Below the pieces are notes generated by a model, which worked only from the letters and a program-made list of their open reading frames with translations, did not search any database and was not told the DNA's origin. The translations under genes were made by a program, and so were the position numbers. From Ophelia neglecta (Eukaryota): a stretch of DNA of 64,000 nt. The DNA is taken from assembly GCA_965285935.1 (NCBI GenBank), contig OZ260662.1, positions 77,748,001-77,812,000 on the forward strand, in the 5' to 3' direction. Of the stretch, positions 1 through 12,800 are shown piece by piece (position 1 is the first letter of the stretch; every line of letters begins with the position of its first letter).

Positions 1-324
1 TCTCAACTTTTCTCTGCAACTCAAATAATTTCCTGAAAGCTTGGAGGAATGTATCAAAATGTTTGCAATTCTTTCATTGTGTTCTTTCATTAATCGTGCA
101 GACCATAGGCCTATGTTATTTTGAGCTATTTTATGAACAATCATATAAATAATGGCTTTGGCTCAATGGCTGCTTGAAACAAACTGGCTGAACCTATTGT
201 AATTCATTGTCAAAGTGTTACAATTTGTCAGTGTATAAGGTGTGCAGTAAGGTTAACACATTCTGACATTTTTTCTGTTCTTTCAGTTCTCTTGATAGTA
301 TTGACTATTCTGAGAGTATATAAA

Positions 325-724
325 AGGCTAAATAAAATTGATTATGTGTTTCCGGTAACCCTACCAACCCTCCAAAATGGCTGAAATAATTATTTTATTT
401 TATTTTCTCGTACTGTATTTCATGGCATGCAATTCACTACCAGAAACCCTGGAAACTCATCGGTTTGTGTAATAAAAAACAAACAAAAAAAGTATTTATA
501 CTATTTTAGACGAATTGAATTGTCAGCTTTGTTCATCAAAAATAAACAAGTATTGATATGTCATCTTTTTGTCCTGTTAGGACTGTTACATGTTGCGTTA
601 ATATATGTTGACAGAAGCCCGAAAAAGTTACAGCGAAAAATAGAAATAAAATAATTTTCCTACCTACCTACCCTGATTTTTTTAGGCCCGTTACCGGAAA
701 CCCTTAATCAATTTTGTTTGACCT
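325..724. mobile_element. MITE / non-autonomous DNA transposon with ~35-bp imperfect TIRs (possibly PIF/Harbinger-like)
   Basis: Left end aggctaaataaaattgattatgtgtttccggtaac (325-359) is an imperfect reverse complement of right end gttaccggaaacccttaatcaattttgtttgacct (690-724). Sub-terminal cctacc repeats, no internal coding capacity, TAA on the right flank. Confidence 0.75.
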
Positions 725-1466
725 AATTATATATACTATTTTTTTTAGATCTATGTATGTTGATATGTATAAGGCACAGGGACTAGTGTCATAGCCTACT
801 ATACTACTACTGTGATAGTATTAGAACACTGGAGGCTATAGCCTAGCTATTATAATAAAGGCCTGTGTTTTTGGATAATATTTTCACCAGATCAGTGTCT
901 TTTTTTGCATACTTTTACACACTTGATATACTTATCTTGAACAACAATGCCATAGAGAGGCTTTAAAAATATTGATAACATGATTGCATCTTTATGCAGA
1001 GGTCAGTGTCAAGTTTATAGCCATCAAAATATTCCTGTATTCAAAATTTGGATTACATAACAAATGACTTGGCCTTCAAGAAGAGGTCAATGTCAAGGTC
1101 AACACATTTGATTTGTCTGTCTTTCACAACTAAGCCATATATAGAGATAATCGGAAGAATTTAAATATGCCCAAGTGGTGACTTAATGTTATTGAATAAT
1201 CCTAGTATAGTATAGCTGTCTAACCAGATTTGTCAAACTCAATTCCCTGCTTTCAAAGTGTGCATGCACGATTGAACCCTCTCCAAAAGAATAATTCATT
1301 TATATGTCAAGAACTTCACTTATCATTTGTAGTGGGCATCGTGCAGTGACGTAGGATCAGTACTCAAAGGAAGCTCCCAGTCCCACCAGCTTGAAGTAAG
1401 GACTTATATAGTTGCCTTCAGTTGGTCACATTTGAAACTAAAAATATCATACATTTTCTTGCAATA

Positions 1467-1578
1467 ATGGGCAAAAGGATAGCTATAGTGGGAGGTGGAT
1501 CGAGTGGCTTGACAGCCACCAAGTGTTGCCTGGATGAAGGCCTGGAGCCTGTGTGTCTGGAGAGAACTAGTGACTTCG
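1467..1578 (+). CDS. FMO: FMO coding exon 1 (MGKRIAIVGGGSSG...SDFG)
   Basis: FAD-binding GxGxxG; donor G|GCAAGT (GC donor) at 1579. Confidence 0.9.
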
Positions 1579-4500
1579 GCAAGTGGGGTTTCTTCCTTAA
1601 CTGTTTGCAGATTTAATTTCATTGTCATATTGCACAATAAAAATGAGCCTAAAACAGACAGAGTGTATTGTACTAAGATCAAAGGAAGTTGAAAATGTAA
1701 AAAAAACTACATTTATATACTGGCTACATTATCACCAGATATTGTCTGAACCAGAAATGGTAAAGGTCAACAAAATTAAATATATATATTAAACTACACA
1801 TGTTTCTGTTTCGGACTCTGAAATAAAATAAAATAAATGATTCTGTAGGATTGTTTTGTTTAATTTAACACTTTAGTTCCAAAATTGCTGTTTGGAATAT
1901 TACATAAATGTGAGTGCGAACATTTGAATTAATTACGCTACTTGTTTTGGGAAGACTTTTACTAGTAATGTTGATCACTATTATGTAAAATTTTGAAAAT
2001 TTAAATCATTCCTTCGTGGCCATGCTTGCTTGTTTGGGGAGCATATTGTTAAAATAAATTATGAGGCAAAACGTAGTAACTCGGGTCACCATGAATCACC
2101 TGGGTCCTTATGATCGATTGTCGCACTGTTTATGATTTGTTGCATAGCAGGTCTACAGTAAATGTAAGTAACTGGTGTAATTTTAATTAATCAAGATTAG
2201 AATAATAAATTGATAGTGACTTTTCTGCTGCATTTGATATGGAGTCATGTAGGTAGTACATTATATTGAGCAAAAAGTTTCAATCATTGTCTATAATATT
2301 ATCTGCCAATCAGGTGGTCTATGGAACTACACAGATGAAGTCCGAGAAAGTCAAGCCGGTGTAATGAGATCCACAATAATCAACACATGTAAAGAAACTA
2401 TGTGTTATAGCGACTTTCCTGCTCCTGATAACTTTCCAAATTTCATGCACAATTCTAAGGTGCAGGAATACTTTAGGTTGTATGCTGAAAAATTTGACCT
2501 GAAGAAGCACATTCGATTTCACACTGAGGTTCTAAAGTAAGTGACTTGCTTCTGTTTGAAATAAGTTTGATCATTGTCCTCTTTGGTTTAAATTTATTGA
2601 AGTATGACAGAAATAGTCTAATGTACACCACTTTCTAATGCAACCAAATGACAGTGACTTGACAAATACCTATAAATTTTGTCTATTTTATGGCTCTACA
2701 AATAAACAAGGCCCATTTCAATATGAACAAGTCCTTTTTTTGAGAGATAGTCTGATTTATTGTCTATTGTTAGCTAAATGTATTAGCAAAGTGATTCTTA
2801 ACATGTGAAATATGTTAATTTCTGACAAACAGAGTCACATGCTGATATTTTGTTTAGTTTTTTTCTTTTTTTATTGGGTGAGAAAAATAAAATCTCCATT
2901 TACAAAAATGTATTTTTTTTCTCATTTGTCAGACATAATTTTGACCAACATTAATATGTTTTCTGTTTTCTGCATTTCCTTTTAAAACTGGTAGTACCTG
3001 TCACCAGAATCCTCCCTGATAAAATAATTACAGGGATTAATAATTTTGAAATGAATTTTAATTTCAGAGTAAAGCCAGCAGATGATTTTGGAAATTCTGG
3101 AAGATGGGTCATAGACATAAAAGATATCATTAGCGGGACTGTGACATCTGAAATTTATGATGGTGTAATGGTTTGCACAGGCCATCATGCAGATAAGAAA
3201 ATGCCCCAATTTGAGGGCATGGATGAATTTAAAGGGAGAATAATCCACTCCCATGACTACAAACATCACCAGGGACTAGAAGGGAAGAGAGTAGTTATTG
3301 TGGGATTTGGAAACTCTGGAGCAGACGCTTTGATGGACACTAGTAGTACTTGCGACACAGTTAGTCGTACTGATTGATCTTCACCCCATTTTAATAATTC
3401 CTTACATATATAAGTATATTGTTTTTCTTTGAAATAAACAGCATGCCAATCCATTGATTCCTATTTGCTAGCACGTGCATATTTTCATTTGAAAGTATGA
3501 AAAACATGCAAACAGGCAAAAAATGTACAAGTTTGGAATAGAAATACATTCCAGATCAGCAACAATACCTTAGAACTAGTAACATTGGGATTGGTCCCTT
3601 TTGTGGAAGTCCCCCAATGCCTTCTGATAAATTATATACTACTTCCATCCTCTAATGAGTTAATTAAGTCACTTTAACAAATAATAGGTGTCATCCTTTT
3701 GATACAATCTTCAAAAATATGTTTTAAACAGCAAAGATTTGCTATATACAGGTTTATCTGAGCACCCGACAGGGAGCATGGGTGGCTGGGCGCATTGGAC
3801 CTGATGGACTTCCTTTTGAAATGACAGTATTTCGTAGATTCCCAACGTACATACTGAGGCTACTACCACGTGGAATGAAAAATAGTCTTATTGAGGGATC
3901 CCTCAACAAGAATTTCAACCACCAGCTCTATGGACTTAAACCCAATCACAGATTTGATGAAAATTATCCCACTACCTGTGATGGGCTGGCCATTAGAATT
4001 GCAAGTGGCTCTATTGTGGTAAAGCCAGATGTGAAGAGATTCACAGCAACTGGAGTGGAATTCACAGATGGCTCCGTCGTGGAAAACATTGACCTTGTGA
4101 TAATGGCCACAGGTTACACTATTGGATTTCCTTTCATTGACCATCCTTCAATGACGGTGAAGAACAATGATGTTAATTTTTTTAAGCTTGTTTTCCCGCC
4201 TGATATTTCCCCCTCCACTTTGGCAGTCATTGGATGTATCCAGACTTTAGGAGCCACCATACCTGCAGCTGAGCTGCAGAGCAGATGGGTTGCCCGCGTA
4301 TTTAATGTGAGTGTATACTAGATTGACGCTAAAAATGTGTTAGATACGTGTATAATAAGTATCAGTATTAAACGTTACATTGACTGTATTGTAATCAGTT
4401 TCTGCATTATTTGTATAGGGTTCCCAGACCTTACCAAGCCGCCATCTTATGTGGGAGGATGTCAACAGGCACAAGAAAAGTGTTTCACAGCTATACATCA

Positions 4501-4992
4501 ACAGCCGCAGACAATATGCCATACAGGTGGAATGGATACACTACATGGACCAACTTGCGGAGATGATCGGCTGCAAGCCAAGCTTTTGTAAGAAAAATAA
4601 TTTTTTTGATACTATTAAACATGAAATCTTTGTTGTGCACTTTATTTCAAGAAAAGAAAATCAACGATCAACATTTAAACAACGAAATCAGTCCAATTTA
4701 CCGAGAAGCACCTACTATTTTTTTTTTATATTTTTCAGATTCTCTTTTAAGGACTGACTATAAACTTGCGTTTCACTACCTCTTCCAACCATGTACCCCC
4801 GTTCAGTACCGGTTAGTTGGCCCAGGCAAATGGGAGGGAGCAAGGGAAACATTGTTGACTACCTTGCAGAGAGTCCGCAAACCATTTGGAACAGTAGCAG
4901 TAACAGAGGACACCAGCACGAAGCATGGTCAATTCACGAAGATTTTGTTTTTGGTTATCATAGCCGTTCTTATAAGATGGCTGTTCTTTTAA
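1467..4992 (+). CDS. FMO: Flavin-containing monooxygenase (FMO5-like), join(1467..1578,2314..2536,3068..3359,3752..4306,4419..4587,4739..4992), 534 aa
   Basis: Spliced frame is continuous (1605 nt) with compatible intron phases 1,2,0,0,1. Motifs: FAD GGGSSG, GGLW, INT (conserved Asn), FMO fingerprint FKGRIIHSHDY, NADPH GFGNSG, MATGY, ELQSRW, QYRLVGPGKW and a C-terminal hydrophobic anchor. Confidence 0.95.
2314..2536 (+). CDS. FMO: FMO coding exon 2 (GLWNYTDE...FHTEVL)
   Basis: CAG acceptor 2311-2313, GTAAGT donor 2537; encodes STIINTCKETMCYSDFP. Absent from the ORF track. Confidence 0.93.
3068..3359 (+). CDS. FMO: FMO coding exon 3
   Basis: tttcag acceptor, GTTAGT donor 3360; CTGHH, FxGxxxHxxxY and GFGNSG motifs. 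Confidence 0.93.
3752..4306 (+). CDS. FMO: FMO coding exon 4
   Basis: CAG acceptor, GTGAGT donor 4307; VYLSTRQGAW...MATGY...ELQSRWVARVF. Confidence 0.93.
4419..4587 (+). CDS. FMO: FMO coding exon 5
   Basis: TAG acceptor, GTAAGA donor 4588; LPS...IQVEWIHYMDQLAEMIGCKP. Confidence 0.92.
4739..4992 (+). CDS. FMO: FMO coding exon 6 (terminal)
   Basis: Long polypyrimidine tract plus CAG; PCTPVQYRLVGPGKWEGAR; hydrophobic tail; TAA stop. Confidence 0.93.
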
Positions 4993-7453
4993 AGACGTTC
5001 TTTTTATAGCCATTTTAATGGGATTTCCTACTAAGGGATTAATGTGATGTATTTTCCCCTCTTCGCATTTTGTCCTATTGCCTATCAAGTAAATATTGTT
5101 ATTGATGATGTATCTTTCTATAAACGTCATGTTTATTTTTATAATTATTAAGCTATTGTAAGTTCTTACCTGAAGGAACGACCAACACAGGCGACAGTTA
5201 TAATCAAGTGTTTATTTGCCGGGTATTTGGGTAAGATCGCCGATGGTTTACAATACCAAGGCTTCTTATCAATGCTAGGGTAACGTCTGACATTAAGAAG
5301 CGATGACACTTTATCATGATAAACAATATTAGATTTATGTAATATACAGAACTGTCCATAAATTAAGAATTCTTATAGATATCATTAAACAAGTCCAATA
5401 GTACAACACATTCTGTTTCAATTCAGCTTTCTTTACAACAAAAATAAAATGGTACTATTTTACTAAGTAATTCTACATCCAGAAGCCATGTGGTCTATAT
5501 TACCCAGAGTTTTTGCTTTCAAAACGGGTTCTTTGCAACACGGTCGCGAGTTTCCGGCTTCCACCTGATTCCGATCCACGTAGGTCTGGATCAACAATAT
5601 TTTAAGTGCCTGTATATATCAATATGATTACCAAACTTAGATCTTATTAATTTCAAACCACGTAGTTCATAAGGTTTAGCTAAGAAATTCTTAGAAAAAA
5701 CCTTGCTGGTGGCAAAAAGAGAGGTCCGTTTGGTGGAAGATTCGGGAACAAACTAGTAAAATCTACTGTCTAGAAATGATCCCCTATGGTGAAACGCCCA
5801 CAAATCAGTTCCAGGGGAAAATACTCAAACCAATAATGAACTAGGGACAGCCAGCTCCTGGTTCACGATTTATATTCCAGGATTATCCGATAGGAATGTA
5901 CGGCCTAAGTCGGAGCCTTATAGTTGGAGCTTATCCGTGCCGAGACTTACACAATAAAAAATAAATGTTAAGAAATCGTTTTTAAAAAGTTTAATTTACA
6001 GCATTTCACTGAAAAATGCAATGTGATATCTTTACCTAACTATTCTGTTGAGAAAAGAGTAGATCAGTAGTCGATCATTAAAATATTTTTGTCTCAATCT
6101 AGAGGCTTTAGGTTATTAGAGCTATTTCAATTTTGAATAGATCTAGAGGTAGTGTCGGGATGGAAGAGAAGTGATATAGGAGGCTGTGTGGACAGTTGAC
6201 CGTGACAGCTTTTTATTATGTCTGTCTTTTAGCTGTTAATTGTTCAAATTTATTAATTTGGGGTTAGATTGTTTGAAGCCTTGGTGCTGGCTGACTCTTG
6301 CAGGCTTGTGCACAATTAATCAGGGAAATGTGTTTTTCATTGCTAGGGAGACTGGTAGGCTTTTGCCCTTGGCTCCCTGCAGATGAACAGGCTTCATTAA
6401 GCCATTACATAATACAGGCTGTTATTAGACCTATACTCCTAGAAATACTGATGTCCTCTGTACATCACACAGCCTTAGTCTCATTAGGGCCTTTTTATTA
6501 CAGGCTTGTCAATGGTGCCTCTGTGGGTATAGGTGGGGACATGCCCCCCTGTGCTCTCACCTTTTAACAGTAACCCTTAGTTTTAGATGACCAGGTGAAC
6601 TGTAGTGTTAATGTGCAGCTCTCCTCTGGTCACTCCTTGCTTGGCCAGCATAGCTGCCACATCAGGCATCTCCGCTCAACAGTATTTTGCCCCTCCTCCT
6701 TCCCCATGCTTCCTCCACAATTGCTATGGTATCAACAGTGTGTCTTTATATGTATGCTTGCTTTCCAGAGGATAGGATGTGTCACAGCCACTGACTAGTG
6801 TGCCCTTAAGGCTGTGTTTTTATATATATGTCATATTGTTATTGCATTAATTCTGAAGTCACCAGACTTATTAGCTCGTGAGGCTTAACCTGTTTACTTT
6901 TAAGAATAGAAAAATAATTATATAATGTAAAGTAATAAATAAAATTTAGTTATCAGCAATTTACCCCTGTGGTTATGCTTGTTACTGCTTGCAAGGCTCT
7001 AGGTTCCACTATTTAACACGATCTTGCCACTAATGCAAGGCCAATAATTAAGGCACTTCCCTGAACATACTGGTCAATTTGTTGGTTGCGGGCGGGACTT
7101 TAGTCCCTATGTATACTAACTTGCTGGCCATAAATACCAGAGGAAGAGTTATCATGATCGTCTAGACTAGTCTGAAGTCCTAGAAAATAACACACTAGAC
7201 TCCAAACGATAGCAAGACAAGACAATAAGTTCAGTATATTTAAGAGAACGATTCTATTGAACCCCCTTTCCAATGTAGTCCAGGGTAGTCCTAATGTGAT
7301 AACTATATGAATACCACCTACTACTTCAGAGCCAGTCATCGGTCTATTTGAAATTATTTGCCGATGTGGATAATGTGTTTCACTTGCCACCGTCCAAAGA
7401 ATGTTCCGCAATGTTGGCTTTTTAAAAATAAAACTGAGGGCGGTAAAAATTTA

Positions 7454-7665
7454 ACGATCACCAGGGAATGGTTTCTAGGTGTGGGAGGGGGGCGGGGGGG
7501 AGTAAAAAAAATTCAATATGATCACCTGGGAGGGGGGGGGGGGAATTAACTTATCAGCGGGGGGGGGGGGAGGCGGTTAGCGATTTTTTAATGATTGCCA
7601 TGGAGGTTCGTGGGGGGGGGGGGGGCTAAAGATTATTTTAATGATGACCAGGGGAGGAGGGGAGG
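7454..7665 (+). repeat. Degenerate G-rich tandem repeat (4 units, core ATGATCACCAGGG followed by G-runs); G-quadruplex-capable
   Basis: Cores at 7454, 7518, 7591 and 7641, interleaved with G tracts of up to ~14 nt. Confidence 0.6.
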
Positions 7666-8062
7666 ACAAATTTGTTTGGCGAGCCTTGTCAACCGCGCCG
7701 CAAAGCGATTTGTCGATGTGAGATAATTCGCAGGGGGCGACTGGACTTGGACGTGGTCGTTCCTTGCACTACCCGACAAGTAGGCCTACGGTATTTGACC
7801 ACGATCAAAGTGCTACCGTGAATAACCCGGAGCATTATAGTCTTGGATAATATCCTTTATGTAGAACCTCTGTTGAGAAATTGTTTTGAAACTAACAAGA
7901 ATATCAGATAAAAGGTGTTGCGTTTATACCCAAAAAAAATCACGCTTACTAGAGTCTAGAAGATTTGAACTTCTGAAGTTTATACTTTTTTTCAGTTACT
8001 GTTTTTATTTGGTTTAAACATATTTTATTATCGTTTTTTTTCTTTTATTTTTCTTTTTTTTT

Positions 8063-8090
8063 TTTGTGTGTCTTTGTGTGTCTTTGTGAG
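8063..8090 (+). repeat. Short tandem repeat (TTTGTGTGTC)x~3 after a poly-T tract
   Basis: Direct inspection. Confidence 0.6.
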
Positions 8091-8314
8091 TGGTCAAGTC
8101 AAAACATGACATTTATTGTCTCGTACGTCTGAAAAGCTATAAATCTGGAAATTCGGCTTAAGAAAATCTGTACAATATACCTTACATAGGCCTATTAAAC
8201 GGACACACGACATGGGCCAACACGGTTCCTCTAGCCTACATCGGTCAAACAAGTGACATTGCGAAAGTGCTAATAGGCCTATTACGCCCATTTAAAGAAA
8301 GTTAGGACAAGGGC

Positions 8315-8480
8315 TACGCCCCCCGCCACCGCCTGCCGACTAAAATACTTTTCAAACGGTTATTTTGTATTTTAGTAACCCGGGATGGGTCAGCAGCGTT
8401 TAAATACCGTTCTATGAAGAGTTTTGCAGGTCCGCGTCCGCTCGCCCGCCGATTGGTAAAAGCCCGTCACAGGTGTGTTA
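8315..8480 (+). promoter_or_regulatory. Putative promoter of the CRT-like gene (GC boxes plus inverted CCAAT)
   Basis: CpG-rich patch ~0.7-0.9 kb upstream of the ATG containing acgcccccc, ccgcc, gcccgccg and ATTGG (~8452). Confidence 0.4.
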
Positions 8481-9183
8481 TTCACAGTAATGATGTGATA
8501 GCAGAAACACGGGTAAAGATCAATCAGATAGCAGATATACAAAGGTCAAGATTAATTCGGTCATACCTGGGGGTTACTTTATTGTGGTGAATAAGCACAC
8601 GTAGACCTGTAGACCTACTAAGTATATTGATATGACAACATGTAAATGTTAATTTACGTCCTTAACTATTATATTAATAGTCGCGTAGTTATTTGGATTT
8701 GATGAATTTGGTACTTCTGACGAGATCTCTGCATTCAACCTTATTGATGCTAGATAGAACTACGATAAATTCATGTTGCCGAAACATACCTCGGATGACT
8801 GGTAGCCTATAAACCTATATACACGGCATGTCGGAGTGCGTTGAGACCATAAGAGATGGGGTTAATGTTAATCCGAAAACAAGCAAGTGATTGTGATCAA
8901 CTGCCAATCTGAGATTAGATAACGTATCAGACCGAAAGACAAAGAGAATGTCGTGACATTCCTTGTGTCGGCTCTTGTTTATTCATTGCCGCACAAGATA
9001 AGTGAGCCGTGACCTATTCAGTGTTTACATCCCTCCAAACATCATTTGAAATAACCCACTTAAAACTGTTTGTAGTTGTGTGACACAAATGGACCGGATT
9101 TTTTTGATTCACGTTTACCAATGATCCTTACGGGAGTGGTAACTTAATCGCCCTTCTATAGTTGAATATTAGGCACAACGGAT

Positions 9184-9838
9184 ATGGCCTTTAACTTGTC
9201 GTCTGCTGAGGAGACAGATGCTCTGCTTTCGGACCCTGAGGAGCGGTATCTGCCACATCGGTATTACACGGGCCGTCTGTCTGCCATCTCTGAGGGTGAG
9301 GATGAAGCAGCTCTCCACCCTTCGCGCCCACCCTCTCCATCATCAAACAGCAAAAAACACCATTTGATATCTCCAGAATTAAACGAACTGGTGAGAGCCA
9401 CCCGTAGTTCCCTCCAGATGAACTCCCTGTGGGACAGGATACGGTACCAAATGCGCCCTCAGACTTTCGCCTTTCTGCACATCGCCGCAGGCACAATCCT
9501 GGCGACTGGCTATATGATCTTTCTTCCTCTTTATACAGGAGGACTGCACATCGCCGGCAGTGATCCTTACGTGGCGTGTTTGTTGGCATCCATGTGGTTC
9601 CCCGTGTTATTCCTTATTGTGCTGGGGCTGATTAAAGTGTTTTTCCATCGTAAAATCCCATTGATTCCACCTCTTTCTTGGTCTAAAATGCTACGCATTT
9701 CGGTTCCGTTGACAGTCAGCATGCTGATGGTATTTTACTGCAGTCCCCCGATAAGATTTCCGGTCCATCTACAACCAATCCTCACCAGTCTACTTCTACC
9801 CGCCAGCGCTGTGGCCAGGTTCTTCATCGTCAAAAAGG
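9184..9838 (+). CDS. CRT-like transporter exon 1
   Basis: 220-aa ORF; G|GTACCT donor at 9839. Confidence 0.85.
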
Positions 9839-12800
9839 GTACCTGATACTTTACATATTAGACCTATACTTGCATTCACGCTATCTTATCTGCCCGATTA
9901 AAATTAAATTTATCAATGTAACTAGATCTAGATAAGAAGGGAGCGGAATTCGTACGTTAATTTTCCGTCGTCCCCATCCTCCAACAATTTCTGGTTCACA
10001 CCTTAACCAGATAATCGTAACCTTTTCTTTATAAGTCCTTCAATGATACCAGCATTTGTTGACCTATTCATTTTGCTGTTTTTACATTCTGTTCAAATGT
10101 GTCACATTCTATTCACACGCACGTAATTTATCATCAATTTAATAATCACAGGCTTTAAACAAGACAAGAAAAGTTTAAACCAAATGCAAGAAGGTCCTTG
10201 CACACTAAAGAGGAAAAGAGTATTATGTCTCCTCCATAGTGCAACGATATGTTACCTATTTAAAGTGAATTTGTCTCAGTTTTATTGTGACCGAACACAA
10301 TCATCTGCAACGTACGATGTTGTATCAGTGTTAGACATTAGACATCAGGGCTACGTGACTTATGTTAATACCAGACAGAAAAGCAAAAGCTCTTATAAAG
10401 GCGACAAGTCTCGATTTATACCCACATTTATGCTGGGAAAGTATGGATACTGATATCAACGAATGGGAAGTTTACTATTTATAAATCGAAATAATCTCTT
10501 TTGTCATAAAAACGTAAACATGAAAGGTTTTTTACGTCTTTAAAGAATAACCAATCCAGAAAGGAACAACCATTGTGTCTGTCAGTGGTATCTTTAAGTT
10601 CGTAAAACGGAGGACAAATTTCACTAATATTTTGTCTCATAAACTTGTTATTAAAGGAAAATAAATCATTTCTTTATCTAAATGAGCAAGAAAATTTCCC
10701 GGCTATGTGCAACTTTCCACCCTTAAGCTAGCAAACCAGTAAGAAAGACGTATTTATAAGTAAAAAGAAACATATCTACAACCAAAGGACCGCAGCTGGT
10801 CCCCATTGGAATATCAATATCTACCTAAAAATATTTTAGATGCCTAAGTAAAGTGGATTAGAGTCAAAATCTTGACTCAGACATCTGTCTTTGCTAATGC
10901 TTAATTTGGAATGCTATGTACATTTTATACTCACCAATAAGTGGAGGTTCTGGAATAAATATATATATATTTAATGCTTAAGGCGACTTTCATCATAACG
11001 AACAAAAGCCCAATTGTCAGTGTTAAGTCCTTTAAAAAAATAGAAAACAATGTTTTATTTACAAGTTGCAAAGAAAAAACAAGCACATGTAGGCTAACAC
11101 ATCTAATGTTGCCTTGAACTCCAAGCAATGTCCATTCGCCATCTAAATATATGTACTCCCTAGAACAATATGAAATCGAGGCTTCTGTATGACCAGGTCC
11201 ACTAAGTTAATAATATGAAGACACAGACTATTGTTCCTGTTCCTGACGTCAGAGTCGAGCTCGCAAAAGTTTGAATAGAACACACAGCAGACTTAAATTG
11301 CATCCAGCAATGTATCTATTGTGTGGTAAAAAAAGATGTAACTATTGTTCAAATGACCTTTTACTTCTTTGAGAAGGCAGTTTTAACACAGGCACCATGC
11401 CTTAAACCCTAGACATGCGAAATTAAGTGATAGTCAACTGCTGAGTCTATTTGGGATTTATTCCATAGCAACAGATTTATAGTACATATTATAAGGTAAC
11501 GTCAACTTAATTCCAGACTACAAAACTTTATGCAGACATAAAATGATGACTTCATTAAAATATCAACCAATTTTATAAGTAAAACGCAAGTTAGGCGACT
11601 TCTTATTAATTTCTAAAACCATAACCGAGATCCAACATTTGCTGCTTATAAGTCTAGTGTGTGTGAGAGAGAGAGGGATTTTTTTTGTTATTCAGTTGTT
11701 TTTTTGTTTTAATTATAACAATTTGATAATATTGCCTTAATAAATAATATTTTTCGCAAAATCTTACCCTGCTATGTAGCTATTAACAATCGTATGATAT
11801 CTGTTTTAAATTTTGAACCCTCGGTGACGCTTTCAGGGATAAGCCGACTGCAGATATTATGCTTGGGTCTTCAAGTGATGGGAGTGTTTGTAGCAGTTTG
11901 GCCTGTCATCTTCCAGCTAGGAGAAAAGCGGAAAGGGTTGGAATGGTTGTACATAATACTCTTTATACTTGGCTGGTTACCAGGAGTGGCGGGATTTGTC
12001 TTTGCTATTAGCTGTCTGTCGAATCGGAGAGTATGATATATTTGTCAAATTTTATTAACGAAACTCGTTTTTAATATAGTACAATAAGTATCATTTAGTA
12101 ACATGTATATGCATAGTTCTTAAATTGTTGAATAGGGAAAAATGATTTAATATTTTAATAATTTGGTATTTTTTGTCGCAAAAGCTGCTAACTTGTGGCT
12201 TGTATATGATTTAAGTTTTGTTTTGTTTTTAAATTAAATAGGCTCACACCTTTTCGATTCTATCGTGGACTCACCTTCTTATATTGGTTGGTGTGGTGTT
12301 CCTTTTTTGGACAAATTTTATCCCAGGCCTGGGAACGGTGAGTGCAGATAAAAACCCTACATCCGCAATATTACATTAAAAAACACACAGCCAGGACTCT
12401 TCAGATATGAATAACTTTTAGCGTATAAATACAGGAAAATTATCGTAGTGTTTATTTTCGTTTAGAACATACTGATAGTGTTAAAGCTTTATTGGACCGA
12501 ACTGTAAAAATGTTCTTAATAGCCTAACTGACTTTTTGTTTATTGAAACGATATAGATAATGATTAATATTATCTTTCATTGATATGATATCGTGAAAAA
12601 TGGGTCACAACCATTTCTTGTTTTCAAGGTCCACACTGTCAACGACTTTGCGAACCATGTACAGATCGGATTTTCTTGTTTTTACAACGGTGGAAATTCG
12701 TCTGCCTACTGTTCTGTTATCCCCGGTCGGTCCGCTCTGTTCCTACTCACATATACATTTGCATTTAGCACACTCATGGTCATTTTACGATTCAAAGATG

